A stretch of DNA of 58,617 nucleotides, filler included, from Trypethelium eluteriae (GCA_051942245.1; 3 parts of 3 records of this genome joined end to end with filler, not necessarily neighbours in it), one strand, 5' to 3'. Counted from the whole stretch's first letter, positions 12,388 through 26,900 are shown. The notes: generated from the sequence alone by a model not told the origin. Translations and numbers: made by a program.

Positions 12388-15092
12388 ATGGCGACCAGCG
12401 AGTCATCCCCAGAAAATGCATTGCCAAACACACTTCCCTCCTCCGGCACTCAGAAGCGCAACCGTATCCAACTAAGCTGTACTCTGTGCCGCCAAGCGAA
12501 GCTGAAATGCAACCGCGTGAGACCTTCTTGCGACCAATGTATGAAACGGGCTCGCACAGATCAATGCTACTATGCACCCCCACCTGTACGGAGGCAGCCT
12601 CCGCAGGACATGAGGGGCCGAGTCAGGCACCTGGAGCGTACGTAAATACTGTACGGGCGTGCGGAGTACCAAACTGACTTGACGAATCTAGGTCTGGTGG
12701 TGGACTTGATGCAAAGCAAAGGTAATCCAAGTACCAACGGTGTTCAATTTAGAAATGGTGCCCGTACTCAGTCGGGGAGCAATGGGGATGGCGATGGCGC
12801 CAAGCTCGAAGACGGCGAGCCTACGGCGCAGGAAAGTATCTCTCATGATTTAGGAAGAATGACAATCGGAAAGAATGAGGCTCAGAGCTACGTGGGATCT
12901 TCTCATTGGGCTGCCATATTGAAAGACGTAGGCCTTACCTTAGTCATGGGACTACTCTCTGATACACTATGCTTACAAAGAATACAGATCGAAGACGTCA
13001 AGGAATATCTTGATGAGGATCAAGACGAACCAGAAGACAACGGACGGGATGATTCGCCTTCTGGGTCCGTTGAAGAGAACCCGTTGGCGGATCCATTCTC
13101 GAATGGCGTCGCAGTGGCGGTAGGCCATGCCAAAATGCAAAGCAAATCTCAACTTCTAGATGCAATGCCTGAAAAGCCTGTCGTTGACCGTTTGGTATTG
13201 GAGTGGTTCAATTCTTATGATCCGTTTTTGCGTGAGTTGGGGGTTCCAATGCACTAATCTTTGCTAATTGCGCACACTAGATCTCATTCATGCACCTACT
13301 TTTCAAGACGAGGTATGTAAGGACAACTGCGCAACAATCGAAGCTAATCTCAAATCAGTATAAAAACTTCTGGAAAGATCCACAACGCACTCCGACCATG
13401 TGGATCGGTCTTCTGTGTGGGATCATGAGTCTCGCCGTCTTTTTTAGGCATCGCGCTGAAGGCTCAGGTTGTCAGCCTCCCAGGGCGGTTATGGATACTA
13501 TGAAGAGATATAGGACTATGGCTGAGAGTGCCATGGTCATCGCCGACTATACGACCGGAAAGCCGTACACAATAGAGTGTATGATGGTCACAGCAGCAAA
13601 CCAACACCTGTTATCCGTTGGCAATCAATGCAATGTATGGGTTATGCTTGGCTTGACTATACGATTAGCATTAAGAATGGGCTTTCATCGAGATCCAAGC
13701 CATTTTCCAGAGATTGGTTTCATGCAGGGCGAAATGCGTCGACGAGTTTGGCATTTACTTACACAGCTGGATGTTTTGATCTCTTTCCAGCTAGGTCTAC
13801 CGAGCATGATCAGGTCAATCCCCAGCGATATCAAGCCTCCACACAATCTTCTAGATGCGGACTTTGATATGAACACCAAGGAGCCTCCTCAACCCCGACC
13901 CCTGTCTGAGATGACACCAGTCTCATACTCGATAGCAAAGTGGAGGATATGTGCCGTTTTCGCCGAAGCCTGCGATGCGTCGCTCGCTGTCACAGAACCA
14001 TCGTATGCGGAAGTACTCGATCTTGACAAGAGGATGAGGGAGGCCTACGGTCTGATACCTCCAACACTTCGAGTTCGACCGATGGACCAAAGCGTCACAG
14101 ATACACCGGAGATCATCATGTGCCGATTCAATTTGGAGCTGCTATACCTCAAATCTCAATGCGTCCTCCACCGAAGATTCCTCAATGAGAGCCAGACCGA
14201 TACGCGGCATACGTACTCACGAAAAACTTGCTTGGAGGCTGCTTTTGAGTGTCTAAAATATCACAAAATCATCCACGATGCCGTACAAAGTGGTGGCCAC
14301 CTAGAGAGATTTCGCTGGTACATGTCGTCAATTACCTCCCACAATTTTCTTTTGGCAGCCATGATCATTTGCTTGGAGCTCACGACCTACCATGAGGCCG
14401 ATGCTACGGCTGCGAACGCCATGCGCGAGCAACTCTCTTGGAACCAGGACGAGGCTATAGCACTCTTGAAAACTTCCTATGTTATCTGGAAGTCTGTTCG
14501 CGGTCTGTCAAAAGACTCGGCAAAGGCGTGCGGGATCCTTGGAGTATTATTGCGGAAAGTCAAAGCCATTCCTACCTCGACTGCACCAGGTGCGCCACGG
14601 GGAACATCGCCCAATAGTAGCGAAGGCAAGTAATGGAAATTTTTGAAACACGAATATAGGCTAAACAAAGTGGTAGGAACCATCGAGTCTTTCGATGACA
14701 TGGGTGGATCTGAGCCGTCTAGCTTAGGCGGATTTGATATGATCACTCCGCAGGTAGTTCCGCCTGACCAGGCATTCAACTCTTCGGAACAGCTCTTAAC
14801 GTCGAATCCTAATGACTTTGCCCCGATAGGAGATATGCTAGACGTGCCCACCAACATTGATTGGGTTTGATGCCCCTCCACAAACTGTAACAATATTGAT
14901 GCTAATCTGGGACAGTCTCTTTGGGACAACCAAGTCAACACCTATGCGACCGGACCACCGAATAGTTCAAACGAATCCTGGCCAATGGACTTTGATATGA
15001 CAGATGCCTTGTTATCAAATAGCGCTTTTATGCCGGGACCTGAGGACTTTGCCGTACCGGACACAATGCAGCGAAGTCAAAATAGATTTTGA
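12388..15092 (+). CDS. Zn(II)2Cys6 transcription factor with Fungal_trans middle homology region, multi-exon
   Basis: RNRIQLSCTLCRQAKLKCNRVRPSCDQCMKR..QCYY, YVGSSHWAAIL, LALRMGFHRDP and GEMRRRVWHLL. The last exon ends with TGA at 15090-15092. Confidence 0.92.
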
Positions 15093-16065
15093 GGTACCTT
15101 GGGACGCCTTGGGATGACTTAGGACGACTTTTTATGAGAATAACGATGATAGGCGAGATGTGGGGAAATAGAACACAGCATCGAAACTTGATTCGATTGC
15201 AAGTTCTCCCACTTAGGAAGCGTGATTACCTTGACAATACAGTTCCGAAGCTCATCAGTTCCGTTGGCTCATTGGATCGGATTGCCCTCGGTTTGGTGGC
15301 TTTTGGATACAATCTTCACTCTGAATTAAAATTAAGCACGGACGTGTGGACTTGGTGCAGAAGATATGGTAAATAGAGTTGATGGAAGTAGTCGCTAGGG
15401 CTGGAAGTGCTTACGTTTCTAGCCCGTCTCTCCAGTGGTGCCGCTGCTATTAGTCATGAGAATTTCATGGAGGAAAGTCTCTAGTCGTATCCCAGTCTGG
15501 GCACTTTCCTAGCCAGAAAGACGACCCTGCTGGTGCTGGGTGCTCAAATCCACGAGACGACGCAGTCGGCTTCATACATTCGAGCTGTGTATTATATCTA
15601 CTGCATCAAAGTAAATCATCAACATTTCCAAGCCTGACATTATGAATTACTGTAGTACACGGACAAACTCTTTATCACAATTCCCGACATTATTTCTTCT
15701 AACAGGAAGGTGACACCCATCGGTGTCTACTTTTCCTTTCCAAAGCTCATCGACATTGACATTCACAAACTTTTGTATACGTCTCCTTGAGATGCCAGGA
15801 ATTTGTACAAGTTTAAAGATTTCGACTATTTTATATACGGTCCTTGATATCGCTGCACGCGGAAGCTGGTGCTGACGCCCCCAAATGCTATCCCCAGAGC
15901 ATATCTAAGTTTGACGCCTGCTAAAATACAGATGCAGAGGTACAGCCGAAGTGGAGAGGTATTATAGCACAGAAATCATCCACAAGATCGCGCGTCGCCA
16001 GGTTCGACTCAGGCCTCCAGACAGACATAGTTGCGATGCCTGCAGGCTCATAGTTTCCAAATATC

Positions 16066-17620
16066 TCATTCAATAATTCTTGTCACCAGTCCGGTAGCAA
16101 CTGTACGCCCACCTTCACGAATATTGAATCTTTGGCCTTGTTCAAGGGCGATGGGACTGTTGATATCGCAAATCATCTCGACGTTGTCGCCTGGCATGAC
16201 CATCTTCGCCTCGGGATGTTCGGTCCCTTCTGGCCACTTGAGGGCAGCAGCTTCGTCTGCGGCGTCATGGTTAGATGGAGAAACACTTTCCAGCCAAGCA
16301 AATGAGAAGACTTACCAGCAGTGCGAAGATAGATCTGTGGTCTATAATTGTCATGGAAGCCTGTGTGTCGTCCACCTTCTTCCTTCGTAAGGACGTACAT
16401 GGAGACCATGAATTTCTTGTGCGCGGTTGATGCCCCAGGCTTAGCTATGATCATACCACGCTTGACGTCTTCTCTCTTAACACCTCGTAATAGAAGCCCT
16501 GAATTATCTCCTGCTCTCGATTCGTCGCAGGATTTTTTGAAAGACTCGATATCAGTGACCTTGGTCTTGAGCGGGGCTTCATTCTTCCCGACAAGTTCGA
16601 CCTCGGAGTCTTTCTTCAGAATGCCTCGCTCAACGCGCCCAGATGCAACAGTGCCACGACCAGGGATGGAGAAGACATCTTCGACGGACATTAGGAAAGG
16701 CTTGTCGAGATCTCGCTGAGGCTGCGGTATCCACGAGTCAACGGCACTGAGCAGCTCGTCGATCTTGCCGGTGCCAATCTCTGGTTCTCGACCTTCAAGA
16801 GCGCAGAGGGCAGATCCCATAATGATCGGAGTGTCATCGCCCTCAAATCCGTAAGAAGAAAGCAATTCGCGCATTTCCATCTCCACGAGCTCTAACATTT
16901 CCTTGTCCTCGATAGCGTCCACTTTGTTTACGAATACAACAATCCTGTTGACTCCGACTTGTCGGGCGAGAAGCAAGTGTTCCCTTGTCTGCGGCCTGCG
17001 CAAGGTCAGCCCTGTCAGTCTTGACCTGTGATACTGCAGTTGCCTTACATTTGTCCGTCTGATGCTGCGACAACAATGATCGCCCCATCCATGTTGGCTG
17101 CACCTGTTATCATGTTCTTGATGTAGTCGGCATGGCCAGGACAATCCACGTGGGAGTAATGGCGTGCGTCTGTTTGATATTCAATATGTGCCGAGGCGAT
17201 GGTAATACCACGCTTTCGTTCTTCCGGGGCTTTGTCGATAGCGCCATATTCGAGGAAATTAGCAAATCCCTTTTCTGCTTGTCGTTTCGTGATTGCTGCT
17301 GTCAACGTCGTCTAATACCAATTTCAGTTTCGCTCGAAAGATGGATCATAGGGACAGAAGCACCTTTCCGTGGTCGACATGTCCAATTGTACCTAATCTG
17401 AATCAGTATTTTATGACTAGTGGTACCATGAGTTCTCAGAAGACTTACCAACATTGACATGTGGCTTCGTACGCTCAAAGGCTTGAGCGTAATGCCTTAC
17501 CGCACCGGCGTACCAAGCTCCCCCTTGAAGGGCAAGAGTACTTTGGACTGGATTTGTACCCTTCTGCGCACGTAGCAGAGCTCGCGAGGAACGCAAGAAT
17601 GAATGTGCCGCGTTCGACAT
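16066..17620 (-). CDS. TUF1: Mitochondrial elongation factor Tu, multi-exon
   Basis: A presequence is followed by [65 protein letters not shown] and [19 protein letters not shown]. Confidence 0.97.
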
Positions 17621-17740
17621 GCTGCGCCACGCACCAAGAGAGTGAGAAATGAGAGAAATCGAATGAGATGGATTGGCGGGAGCAGACGAAGTTGATGCGC
17701 AACTTTTTGCTCTAGTGCATTCCGTCTCCGCCGTCACCCA

Positions 17741-17750
17741 GTCACGTGAC
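17741..17750. promoter_or_regulatory. Perfect palindromic E-box GTCACGTGAC (Cbf1/bHLH-type) in the TUF1/EHD3 bidirectional promoter
   Basis: A 10-bp palindrome in the roughly 380-bp intergenic region. Confidence 0.45.
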
Positions 17751-17999
17751 GCAGGAGCTCGGCCAAAAGTCCGTCTCCATGAATAAACTCGTAAATATGA
17801 TATAAGATTTCTTCACCCTGCTAAGGTAGATTTAGATTATTAGGTCTTGTTAAGCTTCAATCTTGCTCTCCGTCAATCATTTCTCTTCCTCATGCATATC
17901 TGAGCCCTATCACCCTTCAATGGAACGTTTCATCCGAGGTTAAAACTCTCAAAGCTACCCCATGCCGTCATAAGCAACCGAGAATCTCCACAACCGCCC

Positions 18000-19487
18000 A
18001 TGTTTCTCAGAAAATCTGTTGCTCGGACGGCCTCGCCGCTGTTCTGTGCTTCGAGAGCTCCATCGAGTACCATGCCTTTGAGAGCTAGAATTATGAATGC
18101 CGCCCTGACTGGGCAAAGACTGGTCAATTAAGCCCAACTCAGTATCCGCAATCACTTCACTGACCATTCGCAGATGTCGACAGAGGCTGAAATTCCCCGC
18201 GAACTCCCAGGTGATGAACCTGACGATGTTCTGTTCAATAATATATATGGCGTCAGAACAATTGAGTTGAATAGGCCAAAGAAACTGAACTCCTTGAACG
18301 GGTCAATGGCACGGAAAATCATACCAAGATTGAAGGTGTGTTTTAAGAAATATCTCAATTACCGAGGAACATTCTGACAGACTCTATCAGGAATGGGAGA
18401 AATCACAAATGGCTAATGTCGTCATCATCAAAGGAGCAGGAAGAGCATTTTGCGCAGGAGGTGATGTTGCAGCGCTTGCGCAGCAAAATACCCAAGGACC
18501 CAAGGGCCAGGAAGAATCAACAGAGTATTTTAGCCTCGAATACAGGCTCGATCATCTGGTAGCAACTTACTCAAAGCCATACGTTGCCTTCATGGATGGA
18601 ATCACCATGGGAGGAGGCGTTGGCTTGAGCGTGCATGCACCTTTCCGGATCGCAACGGAGAAGACTGTATTCGCCATGCCAGAAACCACCATCGGCTTCT
18701 TCCCAGATGTTGGAGGAACGTTCTTCCTCCCACGGCTAGACGGCCAAATCGGAACATACCTTGCCCTCACGAGCGAGCAACTGAAAGGCCCAAACGTTTT
18801 GTACGCATCCCTTTTCGTCCCCAATCCTCTCCATTCATTCCCCTTCATATCCTAACACCCAGTTTTCCACAGCTACAACGGCATCGCAACGCACTACATC
18901 GACTCGACCTCCCTCCCCGACCTCGAAGCCCGCCTCGCCGAACTCCACTTCCGCGACACCGCCTCCCTCCCCGACCGCCTCTCCATCATCAACGCCACCA
19001 TCTCCGAATTCTCCACCGGTATCCCCCGCGACACGCCGCTTCAACTCACCGGCGCCATCCGCACCGCCATCGACACCGTCTTCTCCCCCGCGCACTCCCC
19101 CACGCTCCCCTCCATCCTCTCCTCGCTCGACGCCCTCACCTCCGACACCACCGCGGGCCCCACAGTGCAGGACTGGGCGAGCAAGACACGCGCCACGATC
19201 CTCGAGCGCAGCCCGACGTCGCTGCTCGTCGCTCTCCGCGCGATGAGAGAAGGGGCTCGCTGGTCGGTTGCCGAGGCGTTTCAGCGCGAGCACCGCATTG
19301 CGGCGAGGTTTATGCGGCATCCAGATTTTGTGGAGGGGGTGTCGGCGAGGCTGATTCGGAAGCCGGCGGAGAGGCCGAGGTGGCGGCCGGAGAGGATTGA
19401 GGAGGTGGATCCGAGGACGGTGGATGAGTTCTTTGAGGGGGGGGAGGAGGCGCAGAGGTTGGCGTTGTTGAAGAGTGGGCCGGGGGC
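18000..19487 (+). CDS. EHD3: 3-hydroxyisobutyryl-CoA hydrolase / mitoribosomal mS47 homolog, 3' end lost in gap
   Basis: Presequence MFLRKSVARTAS..MPLRARIM, then IELNRPKKLNSLN, GAGRAFCAGGDV, MDGITMGGGVGLSVH, FAMPETTIGFFPDVG and HPDFVEGVSARLI. Confidence 0.93.
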
Positions 19488-19587
19488 NNNNNNNNNNNNN
19501 NNNNNNNNNNNNNNNNNNNNNNNNNNNNNNNTTAATTAATTAANNNNNNNNNNNNNNNNNNNNNNNNNNNNNNNNNNNNNNNNNNNN
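19488..19587. other. Assembly gap with an artificial six-frame-stop linker (N..TTAATTAATTAA..N)
   Basis: A 100-nt N block with a central TTAATTAATTAA, identical in form to the second gap. Confidence 0.95.
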
Positions 19588-19818
19588 GGTGAGGGGATTG
19601 AGGGTTTGGAAATGGGGGGGATTCGTGTACTTTTTGATGTCGGATGGAGAGGCGTCGGGAGAGAGGTCAAGGGTTTCGTAGTGGTTCGGTGGGTTATCGT
19701 TTTGGTGCACGCGAGCACTGCTGTGGAATTGAAGACCATTCGACTTTGAACCATAGGTCAGGGACTGCCATTGTCGGTAATTGGCGAGTCGCGGGTGTGG
19801 AGGTAGGCGATAGAGCAT
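19588..19818 (-). CDS. DnaJ/J-domain protein, probably mitochondrial, first exon only (remainder in gap)
   Basis: An Arg-rich leader ending FHSSAR is followed by NHYETLDLSPDASPSDIKK, the start of a J-domain, and then a GTACAC donor. Confidence 0.75.
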
Positions 19819-20114
19819 CCCTCATGACCGTTGCGTATCGTGGTTGGCGGATAGTGTTTTGCAAGTCAAGGTTGAATGTAATGACGAAATAGGATAAAAT
19901 GGCTGGATGGTATTCTCTTGGGCACAAGGGAAGGTGCGGCGAGGGGAACGGAAGCGAGAAGGTCTCCCGCAGCCTGACACTTTAAACCGCTGGAGTGGGG
20001 GAGGCGCGGGATGGTCCTCAACTTTGAATGCCCCTCTGTTACCAGAGATACCAACAACTTCCACGTTGAAGTTATTGGCAAGATCTAGAGGATCGCATCA
20101 TCGTCTTGCTAAAA

Positions 20115-21675
<1,561 letters not shown>

Positions 21676-21810
21676 GAATCTGAACGATTTCACGAAATGA
21701 AATGATCTGTGTGACGTCTATACCAATATGCAATAGCAACCATAGCCAGCCTATGGGCTTTCAGACTCCATTCTATAGGTATCTAACAATGATTTTGGTG
21801 TCTCAATCCA

Positions 21811-23034
21811 CTATTTGACACCTGGGATATGTTTGCCTTCTTTTTCTCCTGCTCCCAATTCCTCTTCTTTCCATCCTTCATTGTTTGTACCAGCGCGTGC
21901 ACCGGCACCAACCTTCCTCCCGCCTTCCTTTCTCTTGACCCGACACCACAAGCCAACCTCCGGATCTAAAATGAACTGCCACATCACGAGCACCCAACTC
22001 TTATGACACGGGAGTTCGTCGTAAAAGTCCCTCGCAATCTTATGCAACGCCGGTAGCCTCGTCCAAGGTACCGCCGGAAAGTCATGATGCTCGTTATGCA
22101 AGCCCACATTATATGTCAAGACATTCAACGGACCATAATACGAGTAGGTCTCCGGCAACGGCACATTCTTCGCCTCCTCGCTCTTCACCCCACGCCCACT
22201 CCGCCCAGCCAGCGTCTGCGTCTTCGCAAACACATAGTGCTCCGCAATGAAGTGACCCGCACACGGGTGCAACGAGCCCGCCAAAAACGAGCTCAAAATC
22301 AGATACCCAAGCGCCCTTCCCCCGGCGAACCGCAGCAGCGCGACATCAAACGCCACCTGCGCGACCACGTTGAACAGCTGGATCCGCGTCAGGGGCAGCT
22401 TGTACACGAACATCGGACGCAGCGCATAGAACAGGATCTGGAAGGTGCAGAAGAACGCCTTCCCCGCCACGCTGTCGAGGAAGACGGCCTCGAGCGCGGT
22501 GGGCAGGTCGGTGTCCAGCCCGTCGACGCCGAGGCTCTTGTGGTGCGTCAGGTGGTAGGGGCGGAAGGAGGCGGAATACGGGATGCCGATAGGGAGGTTG
22601 GCGAAGACGGCGAGGAGTCGGTTGAGCGGCGGCGAGCGGAAGGCGAGGTTGTGGCTGATTTCGTGGATGGCGAGGAAGAGGTTCTGGTTCGCGGTGGCGC
22701 CGATGAGGTACGCGGTGAGGAGGAAAGGAAGGGAGAGGACGGGGGTGTTGCGTAGGACGTAGGCGCAGGTAGTTTGTAGGAGGACGACGAGGAGGACGAG
22801 GTATTTAGTTAGGGGCTCTGGCCCGCAGAGCTTGGTCACTTCTGGGTGGGCTTTGATTATCGCTTGTCTTCTTGTCCGATGCGGTTCCTCTGTATATGTC
22901 CACAGGAATCGGTCTTCGTCGTTGTTTTTTTGGAACAGAGACTCTGTCCTCAATTCTGGCTTTGGTGGACTCGCACCGCGCAATTGAGTTCTTGTTGGGG
23001 CCTCAGTAGCTGTGACAGTAGCAGAGGGTGCCAT
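21811..23034 (-). CDS. DES1: Sphingolipid delta-4 desaturase (intronless)
   Basis: FLWTYTEEPHRTRRQAIIKAHPEV and the His boxes HEISH, HLTHH and HNEHH, plus ETYSYYGPLN. ATG at 23034 (MAPSATVTATE). Confidence 0.95.
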   Translation of the reverse strand: MAPSATVTATEAPTRTQLRGASPPKPELRTESLFQKNNDEDRFLWTYTEEPHRTRRQAIIKAHPEVTKLCGPEPLTKYLVLLVVLLQTTCAYVLRNTPVLSLPFLLTAYLIGATANQNLFLAIHEISHNLAFRSPPLNRLLAVFANLPIGIPYSASFRPYHLTHHKSLGVDGLDTDLPTALEAVFLDSVAGKAFFCTFQILFYALRPMFVYKLPLTRIQLFNVVAQVAFDVALLRFAGGRALGYLILSSFLAGSLHPCAGHFIAEHYVFAKTQTLAGRSGRGVKSEEAKNVPLPETYSYYGPLNVLTYNVGLHNEHHDFPAVPWTRLPALHKIARDFYDELPCHKSWVLVMWQFILDPEVGLWCRVKRKEGGRKVGAGARAGTNNEGWKEEELGAGEKEGKHIPGVK

Positions 23035-23836
23035 CTTCGGCGATAATTCTGAAGCCAATGGCCTCGGTGGAAGTTGTATAGGTGATTTTGACGTCTCAAA
23101 GGTCTGTCGAGAGTGTCCTGTTGGATCCAGTGGCTCCGCCAAAGAAAGCGTGGGGGAGTTTTTCAGGGTCTGGCGGTGGTGGCTGATAGGTACTGTTTTG
23201 GCCTTGTCGTGCTTGCCCAATCACACCAATCAACTATTACTCGTGCTACTCCCCAAACTTCGAGAGAGAGCACCGGCAAGACGTTAAGAATCCACATGAG
23301 AGCTCAGTATGACATCCAACGAGGATAGAAAGGCAATGCTCCGCAATTAATCTACACGATCTACGGTTTCCAGTTGCTTTTTGCGGCGCAGCCCAACCTT
23401 AAATATATCAGGCTACGTCCGGCCTTACAAAGCTTTGGGCACGGCCAATAGTTGATGAATAGCAATTTTCGACGGTCCGGATCTTTCACATCTTTCAGTG
23501 GATGAACTGAAGTCTAATGAAGAGATTCGTCAGGATTTGTAGCAAATCAGTATCAGAAGGAGCGCTTGGGTTCTGGTGCTATTCTTCAACGTCCAGTTAC
23601 AAACTTCTTTTCTATCAGAATACGCTAATGCCCAACGAAGACATCGGATACAGTAAGTCGTTGCATGAGACATCTGCTGCTGCCTGATATTCCTTCCGCT
23701 TAAATGTCTGCGTCTGTACAATGAGTGAAGACCACTGGTCTTGTTACATCCCGTAGCATGCTGAGTCGCCTTCGGAGTCGCCATCCCTTGGGATTTCTTT
23801 GCAAGTGTGACACGCTACCAATCTGCTTCTGTCCGA

Positions 23837-25651
23837 ATGGACATTCCTAGCGATATTCTTCTATTGATCTTGGAAGCTGTAGGTGTCTCCCTAAGCTTCT
23901 GACCGATTTAAATTTGTGATTAATTGTAGCATTTGTCGTAGCTATTCGATGAAAAGCCTCACAACCTGCTCTCTCCTGCCAGGGTTTCCAGAGCATGGAA
24001 CATGATCACAGAGCCGCTGCTTTATCGCACCGTTGATCTAACACGCGACCATGTAACCAGGTCAAACCCGAACACGCAACTGACGATGCTGGAGCGTTTG
24101 GCTGGGTGCAAACAGCCAGATCAGTCCCATGTCTTGCCCTACATCTGGCACTTAAAATTTCCCAGAGTCGGGGTAGAAGGTGACTTGGACCTCGTTATGC
24201 CTCATATCACGCCAGGCTTGAAGAATATTCGGGAAATCACCTACTCAAACAGAAGCGGAATTAGCAGTTCAGCTCTGAGAACTTTCTTTGAGAGATATCC
24301 TAGCGCACGCGTGAACCTTTGCTTCGACGTAGATGGGTGCGATGGGTACGATTCGTGCGAAGGGTTTGTCCCAAACATGAGTATGTCACATTATTCCCTG
24401 TCTTCCCGACATGAGTCACGTAAATAGAAGCTTTCGAGCTGGACCAATCAGTACTTTATCAAGCTTTTGTCATGTTTTTTGTCGTCTTCTTTTCAAAGAT
24501 TGGTAACTGACTCGTCCTGCAAAGTATATCATGGACCCCTCGCCAACGTCACTGCGCTTTTCGTGACTCTCTTCTCGGGTCATCAAGAAGATAAAGTGGA
24601 GTTTGGGATTTTCAGAGGCGCGATTGAGATGTTTCCAAATCTAAAGCATTTCTCTTTTGGACAACCGCGAACGTCATGGGAGCATGCTGGCACTCATCCT
24701 GACAGCCTACAGATAATGTGTTCAGACACTTCTGACAGCTCACAATGCCTGACTTGTGAACACTCGCGTAGATTGGAAACCTTTGAGGTTTGGGTGCCTT
24801 ATTGCCCTGATCTTTGGCTCCCTCATGATGAGTCCGAGAAGCTTCTAGACTGGAGCTCGCTTACAACTTTATCATTGGGCTATCCAAGGAATCTAGCTCT
24901 GTTCCTCAGTGAAGCTCCAAACCTGAAACGGTTGAACTTGATAACAACAGCATCGGACAGTTTTGATGAGCTTTGGAATCTCTGTCTTATAAACTTTCCT
25001 CTTTTGAAGGATTTTCGCATGAACGACGTTCGAGCGGAGTTAAGCTCAGAATCTGCGGGTCTGCCTCTAATCGGGTCCTCAAATCTGCGTTGCTTCATGT
25101 GGGACGTGTACCTTCTCCCAGACACTGTATCCGGATGGAAATGGACCGAATTTGCGACTGCATGCCCTAATCTTGACACTCTAGGCATTTTCATTACAAC
25201 ACAGGCTCATGCAGATGACTGGCTCACAGACATACTGGACGCACTCCCCAATCTCAAGACTCTTCTTCTGTTTGTGTCTTGCGTTGTGGGAGACTCGAGC
25301 AGTTCAAGACCGTCAGGACTGTTAAGCCGCACACCAATGGCTATCTTACGTCCTGGATCGACAGTCGCTCAGGCATGCGAGAATTTTGACCTGCTTCAAC
25401 AACAAAAAGTTGGCTGTCTACTCGAGAGTGTCATGTTTGTCCATCGCGTTTTTCCAGACAAGTTAACTTATCGGCAGTATTTTGAGCACTCTGAGAATTT
25501 TGGATTCCCAGGAATCCGTTATTCCATTCTAGGAAACAGCATGTTGGAGGTGACCAGGTATGGCCTTCGTGGAGAAGACATCCGTGTGATAGACAGGAAG
25601 TACGGTCCTTGGAAGCCGAAGCCGAGATCAGTATCTAAGACAAGAATATAA
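23837..25651 (+). CDS. F-box-like / leucine-rich-repeat hypothetical protein, two introns
   Basis: Spliced N-terminus MDIPSDILLLILEA|LFDEKPHNLLSPARVSRAWNMITEPLLYRTVDL resembles an F-box. It is followed by repeated PNLKxLxL / CPNLDTLGI motifs. Confidence 0.65.
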
Positions 25652-25745
25652 GTCCAAGGAGGAAGGCAACGTCGTAATCGAAGATGTAGCATTGCTGGGT
25701 ATCTGAACAGTTATCGCTCTATGAACACAAAACGTTTTCGCATCT

Positions 25746-26900
25746 TCAACGGACTGCCACTTCGGAGGAGTTCTTGTCTCCAAAGATTCTAAATTGGATA
25801 AAGATTATCACATCCTCAACCATCGTGCCGAGTGAGCCAATGAGCCATGGCAGATTGGTGAGGACGTAGTCCCTCTCTGTTGAATGGCATAAGATCTGCT
25901 TGGGTTAGTCAAAGCTTAAGAAGCGTCAAGGTCCATCTCAAACCTACCCCTGCACCATAGGTTCCATTGCCTAGCAACGAAAGCATGAAGAAAAGCAACG
26001 AGAGACCCTCACACGATTTTTCCCGTTGATTCTTGATGATTTGTGGAATCCTTGCGCCGAGGTAGAGAATTGCGCTTACATATCCGAGGATCTCAGCTCC
26101 GAGCGGCGTGTCTGTCTCTGCTGTCTCGCCTCCGCCCTCAAGTGGTGTAGGTCTCCAGACACCTGCTCTCCAGGCAATTGCCCACCCGGCTGCACCGACT
26201 GCGCAGACCAAGAGAATACTGACGGTGTTTTTGATCCAGGCTGCGCCTCCTTTGTTTGCTCCCATTACCCGCTCCAGTGAATCTCGTCGTGAAAGTGTCG
26301 ACCTTCGACGCCTCGAGGCCAGACTGCTCCTCCGCCTGCTCCCAGGCAGAGCTACACTCGACTCGCTCCTCTGTCGCCCAAGCAAAGGCGCATCCTCCCC
26401 AAGAGCGTCTCCATTGGCATCGCCATTGACAACCGCATTACCATTGACGCCATCGCTGAACGGCTTTCTTTGAGCATCTTGGTTGTCGCGTCTCGCATTG
26501 CGCAGATTGTAATACAGACACTGGACGATAATTATTGCATCGGCAAAACAAAAGTAGATGGCAATGGCGATGATGGTCGGCACGAGCCGAGCCCAGATTG
26601 CACCGAGCAAGTTTGCGACATCTCCAAGGAACCAGACGAAGAGAAACAGGAGCGAGACGCCCGACGCAGACTGTTGTTGATAGTTTTCAATGAGCTGGGG
26701 CACCTGTGAGACAGCATTAGGCTTTGTTATTACGTTTGGTTTATTTTCCCTGCAGCAGCGTCTGGAATGCGGGCGGTACGTACAAGTAGAAAGATCCATG
26801 CCGCCAACGAGATGGAACCAAAAACTCCACTCAACGCCTCTCTCGGCGTCAAAGGGACGCTCGCCGCCAATGTATAGATCGACGAGGCGAGGGTTGCCAT
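25746..26900 (-). CDS. PQ-loop vacuolar cationic amino acid transporter (Ypq1/Rtc2/PQLC2 family)
   Basis: Exon 1 is MATLASSIYTLAASVPLTPREALSGVFGSISLAAWIFLL. The two PQ loops are VPQLIENY and ARIPQIIKN..KSCEGLSLLFF. The last exon reads NLPWLIGSLGTMVEDVIIFIQF. Confidence 0.92.

Noticed and set aside
15995..16020. GGTTCGACTC resembling a tRNA T-loop
   Set aside because: The flanks do not form a T-stem, and no acceptor, D or anticodon arms are present.
19532..19543. TTAATTAATTAA flanked by Ns, twice in the window, as a biological repeat
   Set aside because: It is an identical motif centred in 100-nt N blocks that gives stops in all six frames, so it is a scaffolding linker.
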